Below, piece by piece: positions 19,234 through 28,125 of a stretch of DNA of 64,000 nt (positions are counted from its first letter, which is position 1; each line of letters begins with the position of its first letter). The notes under the pieces were generated by a model. That model made no database searches, was not told where the DNA came from, and saw only the letters and a program-made list of their open reading frames with translations. Position numbers and translations under genes: made by a program. Location of the stretch: the NCBI GenBank assembly GCA_963713975.1, contig OY970218.1, positions 2,656,001 through 2,720,000 of the forward strand. Reading direction: 5' to 3'. This DNA comes from an uncultured Chloroflexia bacterium. GTDB lineage: Bacteria > Chloroflexota > Limnocylindria > Limnocylindrales > CSP1-4.

Positions 19234-19811
19234 GCGGACAGCTCCTCGAGATCGGTGCCGGTCATCGCCGCCCGCAGGAGCGCGAGGCCGCGGTGGACCT
19301 GTGACTTGAGGGTTCCCTCGGACCGGCCGAGGACCTCCGCGAGCTCGGCGTACGAGAGGTCGTCGACGTGGCGCAGGACGACCGGGACCCGGTAGCGCTC
19401 CGGCAGCGCGGCGAGATGCTCCGCGAGGCGCTCGCGCTGGACAAGCCGGTCGACGTGGCCCGCAGGACTCTCTCCCTGGTCCGCGGCGGGTTCCAGGCCC
19501 GCCTCCAGGAGCGGATCCAGTGGCGTTGCCGGCACGACCCGCCTCCGCGCCCGGTTACGGCACAGGTTGAGGACGATCGTGGCCAGCCATGGTCGCAGCC
19601 TCAGGTCCCGAATCCGCTCCGTGTCGTAGGACTCGAGCGCCCTGTATGCACGGATCATGGCGTCCTGGGCAACCTCCTCGGCGTCGTGGGGGTTGCCGGT
19701 GACCCGGAGCGCGATCGAGTGACATCGATCCACGTGGGCACGGACCAGCAGCTCGAACGCGCCGTCGAGGTCGTGGGCAAGCCGATCCGTGAGCTCGTTG
19801 TCGTCCATCAC
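19230..19811 (-). CDS. ECF sigma-70 factor
   Basis: DAEEVAQD, WLATIVLN (region 2); LSYAELAEVLGRSEGTLKSQVHRG (region 4); stop overlaps the ogt start. Confidence 0.92.
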   Translation of the reverse strand: MMDDNELTDRLAHDLDGAFELLVRAHVDRCHSIALRVTGNPHDAEEVAQDAMIRAYRALESYDTERIRDLRLRPWLATIVLNLCRNRARRRVVPATPLDPLLEAGLEPAADQGESPAGHVDRLVQRERLAEHLAALPERYRVPVVLRHVDDLSYAELAEVLGRSEGTLKSQVHRGLALLRAAMTGTDLEELSA

Positions 19812-19817
19812 CCTCCA

Positions 19818-19845
19818 GAACCCGGCCCCGGGCCGGTCGGTTGCA
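19818..19845 (-). promoter_or_regulatory. Putative ECF-type autoregulatory promoter
   Basis: Minus strand TGCAAC-N18-GTTC ending a few nt before the sigma start codon. Confidence 0.5.
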
Positions 19846-19930
19846 GGCGCGAATCCCGGCACCCTTGACGAACGATAGCGATACCGGGCCGGGTCGTCGG
19901 CGACCGCATGCCGCGTGCCACAATGCGGCC

Positions 19931-20938
19931 ATGCGCCTCGATGATCGCTTCGACGACCTGGTCGCCAGCCTGGGCGGGTTCTACCGCACCTGGTTCGTGT
20001 ACACGGGCCTCGAGCTCGGGCTGTTCGCGCGACTGCGCGACGGTGGCGCGGCGGGTCTCACGGTGGACGAGCTGGCGCGCAGGACGGGGACGGAGCCCGC
20101 GCTGATTGGACGCTGGGCCTGGGGCGCCGACGCCCACGACCTGATCGAGGTGTCCGACGGCCGGCTGCGCGTGACGGACGACGTGGCGTCCATCCTGCTC
20201 GCGGCGGACAGGCCCGAGTACCTGGGCGGGCAGTTCCTCCATGCGGCCATCGGGAGCCTGGACTTCGCGGATCTGCTCGACGTGTTCCGGACCGGCGTTC
20301 CGCGGACCTCGCGTCCCGATCGGTATCGCGAGGCCATCGCTCGCCTGACCGTGCAGGACATCGCGGTCTTCTTCCAGGAGGTCCTGCCCGCGATCCCGCA
20401 GCTCGTGGTGGACCTGCAGCCGGGCAGCCGGATCGTCGACGTCCACTGCGGCGGCGGCCGCTGGCTGATCGCCATGGCGCGACGGTTCCCGGGGACGATC
20501 CTGACCGGCGTGGAGTTCGAGCCGGACTCGGCGGCCCGGGCCCGGGCTGCTGTCGCGGAGGCCGTGCTGGGGGACCGTGTGTCCATCGAGCTGGGCGACG
20601 TCCACGCGATCGGCCACAGCGGAGAGGCAACGCTGGCGTACTTCCAGCGTGCCCTGCACCAGCTGTCCGAGCCGGTTTCTGCGTTGCGCTCCGCCTGGGG
20701 CGCGCTGGCGCCCGGCGGCTGGCTCGTGGCGCTGGACTGGTACCTGCCGACTGACCCCGATGAGCTGCGTACCCGCCACAGCGAGCTGCTCGCGGGCGTC
20801 CAGCTGGACGAGGTGCTGGGCGGGACCCGCCTCGTCACGGGCCCGGAGGCCCTGGGCTGGTTCGCGTCCGCCTCCATCCCGACGCCCGCGATCATCGATC
20901 TGCCGTCGGGTGCGACGGCGATCGTCGCCCACCGGTAG
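19931..20938 (+). CDS. Class I SAM-dependent methyltransferase with N-terminal winged-helix/dimerisation domain
   Basis: ELGLF N-domain; variant motif I VDVHCGGG; LAPGG post-III motif. Confidence 0.8.
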   Translation: MRLDDRFDDLVASLGGFYRTWFVYTGLELGLFARLRDGGAAGLTVDELARRTGTEPALIGRWAWGADAHDLIEVSDGRLRVTDDVASILLAADRPEYLGGQFLHAAIGSLDFADLLDVFRTGVPRTSRPDRYREAIARLTVQDIAVFFQEVLPAIPQLVVDLQPGSRIVDVHCGGGRWLIAMARRFPGTILTGVEFEPDSAARARAAVAEAVLGDRVSIELGDVHAIGHSGEATLAYFQRALHQLSEPVSALRSAWGALAPGGWLVALDWYLPTDPDELRTRHSELLAGVQLDEVLGGTRLVTGPEALGWFASASIPTPAIIDLPSGATAIVAHR

Positions 20939-20952
20939 CGGCGGGCCGGCGG

Positions 20953-21375
20953 TCAGTCCGCCTTCGCGTCCGCCGAGCAGGCCGGGCACAGCCCGCGGAA
21001 CACGACCTGGGCCTCGTCGATGGTGGCGCCCGCCAGCCCGGCATCCAGGCAGGGCTTCGCCCCGGTGACGCAGGGAACGTCCAGGACGACCCCGCAGCGG
21101 CGGCAGACAAGGTGGTGATGCCAGGTGCCGGCGACCTCGTACCGAGCCGCCCCCGGTCCCGCATCGGCCACGAGCAGGACGCCGCCCGCGGCGAGCGCGC
21201 CAAGGGCGTGGTAGAGGCTCGCCCGGGGAAGTGGCGTGGCGCTGCTGCGGAGGGCAGCGGCGATCTCGTCGGCGGTCGGGTGCCCGCCAAGCGATGCCAG
21301 CGCGTCGATGACGGCGACGCGCTGGCGGGTCACCCGCAGCCCGGCATCCCGGAGCCGGACGGCGGCGTCGGTCAT
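20953..21375 (-). CDS. Fur-family regulator (FurA/CatR/PerR-like)
   Basis: RVTRQR, HPTADE, HHHLVCRRC, PC-x5-PCL, GLCPAC. Confidence 0.92.
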   Translation of the reverse strand: MTDAAVRLRDAGLRVTRQRVAVIDALASLGGHPTADEIAAALRSSATPLPRASLYHALGALAAGGVLLVADAGPGAARYEVAGTWHHHLVCRRCGVVLDVPCVTGAKPCLDAGLAGATIDEAQVVFRGLCPACSADAKAD

Positions 21376-21824
21376 CGGGCTTGGACGCGGAGCATCCAGC
21401 CGTGCTTCTCCAGGCCACCCGCGATGTCCAGGAGCAGGCCCTGAGTCACGAGGTCGGTGTCACCGAGGGCGGCCGCCCGACGCTCGATCCTCGATGCGAC
21501 CTCGGCCAGCCGGTCGCGCATCGCGGTCACGGCGTCCACGTCGCGCTGCCAGCCCTGGGTGGCGGCCGGGAGCGGCGAGGTCGCCGCGATCGTCGACAGG
21601 CGCCCATCGGGGGACACGTCGAGGGTTGCCAGCCGCTCCGCCACGTCGTCATACCAGAGACGGACCTGGTCCGTGATCTCGTCCAGCTGGAGGTGGACGC
21701 CGCGGAAGTCCTGACCCGTGACGTTCCAGTGGTAGTGCTTGGCCTGGAGCGACAGGTCGATCAGCTCGACGAGGCTCTCCTGGAGGGCTGCTGTGCGGCT
21801 CGTCACATCGACTGCCATGGTCAT
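21372..21824 (-). CDS. dps: Dps DNA-protection ferritin-like protein
   Basis: KHYHWNVTG-x-DF-x2-VH-x2-LDE, D-x2-AER, LEKHGWM. Confidence 0.93.
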   Translation of the reverse strand: MTMAVDVTSRTAALQESLVELIDLSLQAKHYHWNVTGQDFRGVHLQLDEITDQVRLWYDDVAERLATLDVSPDGRLSTIAATSPLPAATQGWQRDVDAVTAMRDRLAEVASRIERRAAALGDTDLVTQGLLLDIAGGLEKHGWMLRVQAR

Positions 21825-21884
21825 CTCACGACTCCCGTCTGTACTACGGCTTGGGTGGGCGCAGCGTCCAGTGTATCGCCGATG

Positions 21885-21899
21885 TTGGACACAGTCCAA
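21885..21899. promoter_or_regulatory. Palindromic operator upstream of dps-fur
   Basis: TTGGAC-ACA-GTCCAA, just upstream of a minus-strand TACACT -10. Confidence 0.65.
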
Positions 21900-21985
21900 T
21901 ATGAACCGTAGCCGCGGGTCCGGGGGGCGTGCCGCGTGTCGCATCCCGCCGCGGCGGCGCGCTGCCGGCGGGCTATGGTGGAGGC

Positions 21986-22816
21986 ATGATCCCCTTCGTC
22001 GACATCGACGACGCCACCATGCGGGTTCTTGAACGCCACGAGACGCATGCGCATGCCATCGGGGGCCGGGATGTCCGGGATCTCACCCACGCGCTCGTCC
22101 TGTACGACCCGCGGGACGCGGAGCCGTTCTGGAACCGGATGGCGAGCGTCCGCTGGCCGGACGACGAGACGGGGTTCGACCTGCACCTGTCGCAGTCGCT
22201 GGTGCTGTTTGCCTCGCTCGATCGCCGGCCCCACGTCTGGCCATCGCCGGTGCACTCGGGGCCCGGGGACCTGGCCGACAGGCTTGCCGCGCACGGGTTC
22301 GAGGACGTTGGGGGAGGCCACGTCATGGTCCTTGAAGACCCCCTCGCATGCCGTCCGGTACGCCCGGGGGAGGCTGGACGTGGCATCACCGTGGCCTCGA
22401 TCCGGACTTCGGCCGATGCCGGTGACGGCGAGTCCGGCGAGCTCGGCCTGGTCCTGGCCGAATCGTTCGGGTTCCTGGACGCGCGTAAGGCCGAGCTCGC
22501 CGAGGACGTCCGGGCGACGCTGGACGACCCGAGGATCGCGTTCGCGCTCGTCCGCGTGGACGGGGAGCCGGCGGCAGCCGCCAAGGCCACGACGTTCGAC
22601 GGCCTGACCTACCTCTCGTCGATCGGGACCCGCGACGCGTTCAGGGGCCGCGGCCTTGCGGGCCTGGCGACGAGACACGCCATGGCCGCCGCCGGTGCTC
22701 ACGAGGCCGGGCGCGCGTACCTGGGCGTGAGCTCGGGCAACGACCCGGCCCTCCGGCTCTACGCACGGCTGGGCTTTGCGTCCGTCGGAGAGTCACCGGA
22801 CATGCTGCTGGGATGA
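21986..22816 (+). CDS. GNAT acetyltransferase
   Basis: FRGRGLA acetyl-CoA motif, NDPALRLYARLGF. Confidence 0.85.
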   Translation: MIPFVDIDDATMRVLERHETHAHAIGGRDVRDLTHALVLYDPRDAEPFWNRMASVRWPDDETGFDLHLSQSLVLFASLDRRPHVWPSPVHSGPGDLADRLAAHGFEDVGGGHVMVLEDPLACRPVRPGEAGRGITVASIRTSADAGDGESGELGLVLAESFGFLDARKAELAEDVRATLDDPRIAFALVRVDGEPAAAAKATTFDGLTYLSSIGTRDAFRGRGLAGLATRHAMAAAGAHEAGRAYLGVSSGNDPALRLYARLGFASVGESPDMLLG

Positions 22817-23526
22817 TGCTCTGGGCCCGGCTGACCTGGCAGACGAAGGAGCCGTCGACGACGGCGGCCGAGCTTGTTCGCCGGCTCGAGGTTCCGGCCG
22901 TCCCGGGCGGCCTCGTGGCGGGCGCGCGCCTGCTGAGCCTGGGCACGGCGCTGCTCGAGGTGCGACCGTGGATCCGCGAGGGCCCGGACGATACGCCGCG
23001 CACCACCGGCCGCCTCATGCTGGAGCCGGTCCCCGACGGTGAGGAGACGCCGCGACGCGACGACGAGCGCCGACCGGCGCTCGTCGGCCTCGGTTGGGCC
23101 ACGGTGGACCTGGACCGGGCCGAGGCGGAGCTGGATCCGTGGATGGGTCCCCGGCCCGAGGGTGGCGGTGGAGACGGCGCCGGACGGACCGACGAACATC
23201 TTGGCGCCTCGACCCGGCTCCGCGGTGGTGCCGGATTGCCGGGCTCCTGGACGATCCTGCTGGAGCCATCGACCGAGGGTCGCGCCGCCGCGTCGCTGGC
23301 ACGGGACGGCGAGGGTCCGTGTGCCCTCTACCTGTGGCCCGCCGCGGGGCTGGACGCGTGGCTGGGGGCGGCCCGTGATCGCGGCGTCACCTCGAGCGCC
23401 TTGCGCGACGGTCCCTTCGGCTTGCAGGTGCTGCTGGCGGGTGCCGCTTCGGGGCCACACGTCATCATCGTGGAGAGCCGCACGCCGGTGGCGGCGCCGC
23501 CCGGGACGGGTACCATCGCGCCATGA
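22813..23526 (+). CDS. Hypothetical protein, VOC/glyoxalase-like
   Basis: WATVDLDRA and LLEP...LAR.GEG motifs recall VOC folds; coupled to both neighbours. Confidence 0.6.
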   Translation: MMLWARLTWQTKEPSTTAAELVRRLEVPAVPGGLVAGARLLSLGTALLEVRPWIREGPDDTPRTTGRLMLEPVPDGEETPRRDDERRPALVGLGWATVDLDRAEAELDPWMGPRPEGGGGDGAGRTDEHLGASTRLRGGAGLPGSWTILLEPSTEGRAAASLARDGEGPCALYLWPAAGLDAWLGAARDRGVTSSALRDGPFGLQVLLAGAASGPHVIIVESRTPVAAPPGTGTIAP

Positions 23527-23963
23527 ACGACGCTGTTGAGGTCACGGTCAGGGCCGCTACTGCCGACGATGCCGAGCGTTTCGCGGCGCTTCTCTCGGAC
23601 GAGGGCTATCCCGCCGGGTCGTCGGACCTGGCGGCGCGCATCGACCGGTTCTCCACGCCGGACGCACGGGTCCTCGCGGCCGAGGCGGCGGGTGAGGTCA
23701 TCGGCTTCGTCGCCTTCACGCTGGTGCCGCGCTTCGAGACCGACGAGCGGTTCGCGCGCATCGTCGCCCTCGTGGTGGACCCTGGCGTCCGTGAGCGCGG
23801 CATCGGTCGCCGCCTGATGACGGAGGCAGAGCGCGTCGCAGGGGAGGATGGCGCCGCCTTCCTCGAGGTCACCGCCGGACACCATCGGCCGGAGGCACGC
23901 CAGCTGTTCGAGTCGCTGGGCTACGACGCCGGGCTGGCGGCGTACCTGCGCAAGCGGCCCTGA
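23523..23963 (+). CDS. GNAT acetyltransferase
   Basis: LVVDP..RERGIGRRL, FESLGY. Confidence 0.88.
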   Translation: MNDAVEVTVRAATADDAERFAALLSDEGYPAGSSDLAARIDRFSTPDARVLAAEAAGEVIGFVAFTLVPRFETDERFARIVALVVDPGVRERGIGRRLMTEAERVAGEDGAAFLEVTAGHHRPEARQLFESLGYDAGLAAYLRKRP

Positions 23964-24038
23964 TCCCGGCCCGCGCCAGGCTCGCATCGCGCCCGCACCC
24001 GGCCTGCGTTCCGGTGACCTTGCGATGACCCTCGAGCC

Positions 24039-25331
24039 ATGAGCTTGCCGCGCCTTCGTCTCCGCGACGAGGTCGCATCGTTGCTCGACCTGCCGTGGGA
24101 GCAGCCGCTCGCCCGCTGGGAGACCGGGGCCAGTCTCGACTTTCGCGAACTACCGGTCGGGCCGTCCCGGCACCTGGTCCGCTTCCTGGCGACGAGCGGC
24201 ACCATCCACGCGCTCAAGGAGCTCCCGGAGCTCGTCGCGGAACGGGAGTTCACGGTGCTGCGTCACCTCGAGGTCGCGGGCCTGCCCGCCGTCCGTGCGG
24301 TCGGCCTTGCCCAGCGCCCCGATCGCGGCGACGCGATCCTGGTCACGGAGTACCTGCGCCACTCGATGCAGTACCGGCGCCTGCTCATGCGCCTGCGCGC
24401 GGTGACCGCCGATTACCGCGACCGCCTGCTCGATGCGATGGCGCTGCTGCTGGTGGACCTGCACCGGGGTGGCGTGTACTGGGGCGACTGCTCGCTCGCG
24501 AACACCCTCTTCCGCCGGGATGGTGACCGGATCCAGGCCTTCCTGGTGGATGCCGAGACGAGCGAGGTGCACCCGGGGCTCTCGGACGGCCAGCGTGCCT
24601 TCGACCTCGACATCCTGGTCGAGAACGTCGCCTACGGACTGGCGGACCTCGCTGCCTACCAGGGCCGCCCCGAGGATGCGGAGGCGGCCATCGCGGCGGC
24701 GGAGTCCGTGCGCACGCGGTATGGCAGGGTGTGGCACGAGCTGTACGGCCAGCCGGACCTCATCCCTGGGGACCGGCAGGCGATCCGGGCGCGTCTGCGC
24801 CGCCTCAACGACCTCGGCTTCTCGGTCGACCTCGAGGTGGACCCGGTGGGTTCCGCTGGGGCGGTCCGACTGCGAACGTCCGTGACCACCCGCCGCTTCC
24901 ATGCGAACGAGCTGGAGCGGCGGACGCGGCTCCGTGCCCTCGAGGGCCAGGCCCGCATCCTGCTCAACGACCTCGCCGAGTACCGCGCCTGGCTCGAGTG
25001 GTTCGATCGCAGGCCCGTCGCGGCGGACGAGGCGGCAGACCGCTGGCTGCGCGATGTCTACCGGCCCACGCAGGCACGGATCACCGCCTTCGTCGGACCC
25101 GACCGGGACCTGGTCCAGGCGTATTGCGACGTGCTGGAGCACAAGTGGCTGCTGTCCGAGCAGGCCGGCACGGACGTGGGCCTCGACGCGGCGATCGTCT
25201 CCTACGTGGCCGAGGGCGCCCCGGCGCCGGAGCAGTCGGCCCCGGGAAGCACGCGGTCCCTGTCGCAGGGCGGCCCGGAGGGGGCGGAGGAGGAGCTGGA
25301 CGAGCTCGGCTACGACGGTGCCGCCAGCTGA
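24039..25331 (+). CDS. DUF4032 / LPS-kinase-like protein
   Basis: GPSRHLVRF, WGDCSLANTLFRRD, LVDAET, VLEHKWLLSE. Confidence 0.88.
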   Translation: MSLPRLRLRDEVASLLDLPWEQPLARWETGASLDFRELPVGPSRHLVRFLATSGTIHALKELPELVAEREFTVLRHLEVAGLPAVRAVGLAQRPDRGDAILVTEYLRHSMQYRRLLMRLRAVTADYRDRLLDAMALLLVDLHRGGVYWGDCSLANTLFRRDGDRIQAFLVDAETSEVHPGLSDGQRAFDLDILVENVAYGLADLAAYQGRPEDAEAAIAAAESVRTRYGRVWHELYGQPDLIPGDRQAIRARLRRLNDLGFSVDLEVDPVGSAGAVRLRTSVTTRRFHANELERRTRLRALEGQARILLNDLAEYRAWLEWFDRRPVAADEAADRWLRDVYRPTQARITAFVGPDRDLVQAYCDVLEHKWLLSEQAGTDVGLDAAIVSYVAEGAPAPEQSAPGSTRSLSQGGPEGAEEELDELGYDGAAS

Positions 25332-25346
25332 CCCCGACCAGGCGGC

Positions 25347-25880
25347 CTACCCCGGGGCCTGCCAGTGCTCCCGGTGGACGATCTCAGCGAGCGAGCGGCG
25401 CCCACCCGGCCGATTGGGCGCTGTGAGCTTCGACGGGTCTGCAGGGTAGCCGAACGACAGGATGTACTCGCACCACATCGCGTCCGGGTAGCCCAGCAGT
25501 CGCCGCGCTGCCTCCTGCTCATAGACGGTCGCCGGACAGCTGCCGATGCCCATCGCCCAGGCGACCAGCATCATCTGCGCCGCCGCGCCACCCGCGTCCC
25601 ACACGACGCTGAGGGGCTGGCCCGGCCCAAGCGGATCCGGCGTGACGAGCGCGACGGCCGCCGCGGCGCCGGCGACATGACCGGCGTACGGGCCGAGCTT
25701 CGAGAGGTCCTCGAGGCGGGCACGGTCCTCCATGACGATGAACGCCCAGCGCTGCTGGTTCTTGGAGCTGTGAGCCCTGCTGCCGGCGCGCACGATGCGC
25801 TCGAGATCGTCCGGGTCGATGGGGCGGTCCAGGAACTTCCGCACGGCCCGCTTCGTGCGAACTGCGTCCCAGACGGTCAT
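25347..25880 (-). CDS. Nitroreductase family protein
   Basis: KRAVRKF, AHSSKNQQRW, GIGSC, FGYP. Confidence 0.9.
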   Translation of the reverse strand: MTVWDAVRTKRAVRKFLDRPIDPDDLERIVRAGSRAHSSKNQQRWAFIVMEDRARLEDLSKLGPYAGHVAGAAAAVALVTPDPLGPGQPLSVVWDAGGAAAQMMLVAWAMGIGSCPATVYEQEAARRLLGYPDAMWCEYILSFGYPADPSKLTAPNRPGGRRSLAEIVHREHWQAPG

Positions 25881-25891
25881 CGGGCGGCTCC

Positions 25892-26992
25892 TCATGAGGT
25901 CGGGTTGGTGTCCTGTCCCGTCGGCACCGGGCTCGGGATCGGCGTCTGGTGGCGGCGGACCAGGCGGGCAAGCGAGCGCAGGCCTCCCGGCTCCTCGTCG
26001 AGGGTCGTGAGTCGCTCGGGATCCGGGAGTCGCTGGGCGGGGACATCCGTCGCCACCGCGGCAGCCTCGTCCGGGGCGAGCGGCCCACCGAGGTGCGTGG
26101 CCAGGAACCGGGCGATGGCGCCCCGGTAGACCGGGAACTCGTAGAGCCACGAGTGGCGTCCGTCAGGGACGATCAGCGTCTCGGTGACCGCCGTGGGTCG
26201 AGCCGCTCGCCTGGCCGCGGCCAGCCGGTGGAGGTCGCTCGCCGGCACGACCCCGTCCTCCGTCCCGTGGGCAAGGAGGACGGGCACATCGATGTCGCGC
26301 ACGGCGCGGGTCGCGCTGATCGAATCCACCGTATGGCCCCGCGGGCGGAGGTAGACGCGCACGGTCAGCCATGCAAGTGGCCAGGCGATGAACCCTGGGA
26401 TCGGAAGACGGGCAAGGCGGAATGTCTGGCGGGTGAGCCGCCACGGATCGGCCGGCGTGGAGACCGCGATCACCGCCGACACGTCCGGGTGGCCGACCGC
26501 GGCGACCAGCGAGCCGGCCGCACCCATGGAGTGACCGAGGATCGCCACGCGCGACACCTCTGGACGGTCCGCCAGCCAGGTCGCGGCCGCCTCGGCGTCC
26601 GCGGCGAACTCGCCCACGGAGAGGGGGAGTGTCTCCGGTCCATTGGCTCCGTGGCCGCGGACGTCGATCGTGAGCACGTGGAGGCCCACGGCGTGGAGCA
26701 CCTGGACGTGCCCGAGGGTGCGGTCACGGGCCGACTCCCAGCCGTGGACCAGCACGACACCCGGAGCCACGTCGGGGCCGGCCGGGATGTGCCAGCCCGG
26801 GAGTCGCAGGCCATCGGGCGTCGGGACGGTGACGTCCACCCAGTCCAGGCCGACTGCCGCCGGCGTCCACGCGGGCGGGTGGCGCTGCGGGTAACCGGCC
26901 CGCACCCGGTAGATCAGCGCGAACCGGTAGGCCAGAGCGAAGGGGATGGCCGCGACGGCGGCGGCGAGACCGGCTCGGCGAGCGCGGCGCAT
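25892..26992 (-). CDS. Alpha/beta hydrolase
   Basis: HGW oxyanion motif, GHSMG nucleophile, HGTEDGVVP, GRH; N-terminal hydrophobic anchor. Confidence 0.88.
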   Translation of the reverse strand: MRRARRAGLAAAVAAIPFALAYRFALIYRVRAGYPQRHPPAWTPAAVGLDWVDVTVPTPDGLRLPGWHIPAGPDVAPGVVLVHGWESARDRTLGHVQVLHAVGLHVLTIDVRGHGANGPETLPLSVGEFAADAEAAATWLADRPEVSRVAILGHSMGAAGSLVAAVGHPDVSAVIAVSTPADPWRLTRQTFRLARLPIPGFIAWPLAWLTVRVYLRPRGHTVDSISATRAVRDIDVPVLLAHGTEDGVVPASDLHRLAAARRAARPTAVTETLIVPDGRHSWLYEFPVYRGAIARFLATHLGGPLAPDEAAAVATDVPAQRLPDPERLTTLDEEPGGLRSLARLVRRHQTPIPSPVPTGQDTNPTS

Positions 26993-27071
26993 GGGTGGCA
27001 TGGCGCTATCGGACCCCGGGTCGCACCGGCTGTCAAGCGGGGGGGCCCGCGACGGGCGATACACTCGGACC

Positions 27072-27818
27072 GTGCCCCACAAGGACCCGCACACGGTGCT
27101 CGGCATCGAGCCCGGTGCTCCTCCCGACGAGATCAAGGCCGCCTGGCGCGCCCTCGCCCGCCGGCACCACCCGGACCTGATCGGCGACGACCCCGAGGTC
27201 GCCGGCCATGCGACGCGGCGCATGGCGGAGATCAATGCCGCCTATGCCGCCCTGACGCGGGCGGGCGAGACGATCGAGGCGCAGCGCTCCGGTCGCTCCG
27301 GGCGCACTACGACGGGCACCGGGACCAAGGGTGCGCCGGCCGGATCGGCCAGCCGCGGGGGCCCGCCACCGCCCCCCAGGACGCGACCGGTCACTGCCCG
27401 GGTCGACACGAGCAGCACCGTCCGACCGCGCAACCAGACCACCACACCGCCCGGGCTGCGGCTCCCGCTCTCGGGCCAGCCGCCACTCCGTCATGGCCGC
27501 TCCGCGCCGGACCTGAGGGCCTCGCAGCCGTCCGGGCCCATGGAGCGCGGTCGCCGCCATGGCCATGTAGTGCCCGAACCCCCGAGCCTGGAAGACGCGT
27601 TCGACGTGGAGGTCACGTTCGGGAAGTTCCACGGCCACACGCTCGGCCAGATCGCCGCCTTCGAGCCGTCGTACATCGACTGGCTCGCGGGAACCATGAC
27701 GCGCGAGCCGGACATTGCCATGGCCGCGCGGGTCATCGTCGGCGAGCTCGACAGGCGGGGCGTCCGGAGAGCCCATCGGCCGCAGCGTCCAGGGTGGCAG
27801 TCCAACCCGTTCCGCTGA
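27072..27818 (+). CDS. J-domain protein with C-terminal FGK(F/Y)xG (DUF3820-like) domain
   Basis: DPHTVLG...HHPD...INAAY; C-terminal VTFGKFHGHTL...SYIDWL. Confidence 0.85.
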   Translation: MPHKDPHTVLGIEPGAPPDEIKAAWRALARRHHPDLIGDDPEVAGHATRRMAEINAAYAALTRAGETIEAQRSGRSGRTTTGTGTKGAPAGSASRGGPPPPPRTRPVTARVDTSSTVRPRNQTTTPPGLRLPLSGQPPLRHGRSAPDLRASQPSGPMERGRRHGHVVPEPPSLEDAFDVEVTFGKFHGHTLGQIAAFEPSYIDWLAGTMTREPDIAMAARVIVGELDRRGVRRAHRPQRPGWQSNPFR

Positions 27819-27855
27819 GCTGAGCGGGCGGAGACGGCCGAGCGGCGCGAGCGGG

Positions 27856-27892
27856 AAACGAACGCACCCCCGGCGAGACTGCCGAGGGTGCG
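27856..27892 (-). terminator. Intrinsic terminator of the candidate ncRNA
   Basis: 12-bp stem CGCACCCTCGGC-AGTCTC-GCCGGGGGTGCG (G-U pair works only on the minus strand) followed by TTCGTTT. Confidence 0.7.
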
Positions 27893-28090
27893 GATAACGC
27901 CTGATGAGTGCAGCCGCCCGCCGGCTTCCAGGCCTGATGGCCGAGGTGCCCAGTTATTCGGCTCGTGACCGGTGGCGCGGTACCCCCGTGCCGTCGAGCG
28001 TCCCCGACGGCCGGGTTGTCCGGCCCTCCGGCCCGTGACCGACGCCCCAGGTGACTCCCGGATCGTCGCGGGTCGGCGCGTTTCGAACGC
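27856..28090 (-). ncRNA. Candidate structured non-coding RNA (~235 nt, possibly 6S-like)
   Basis: Own sigma70-like promoter, strand-specific terminator, several hairpins, no credible ORF. Confidence 0.55.
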
Positions 28091-28096
28091 ACGACA

Positions 28097-28125
28097 ACCG
28101 TACGAGGCTCCCGCCCGTTGCTCAA
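28097..28125 (-). promoter_or_regulatory. Sigma70-type promoter
   Basis: TTGAGC-17 bp-TACGGT on the minus strand. Confidence 0.55.
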
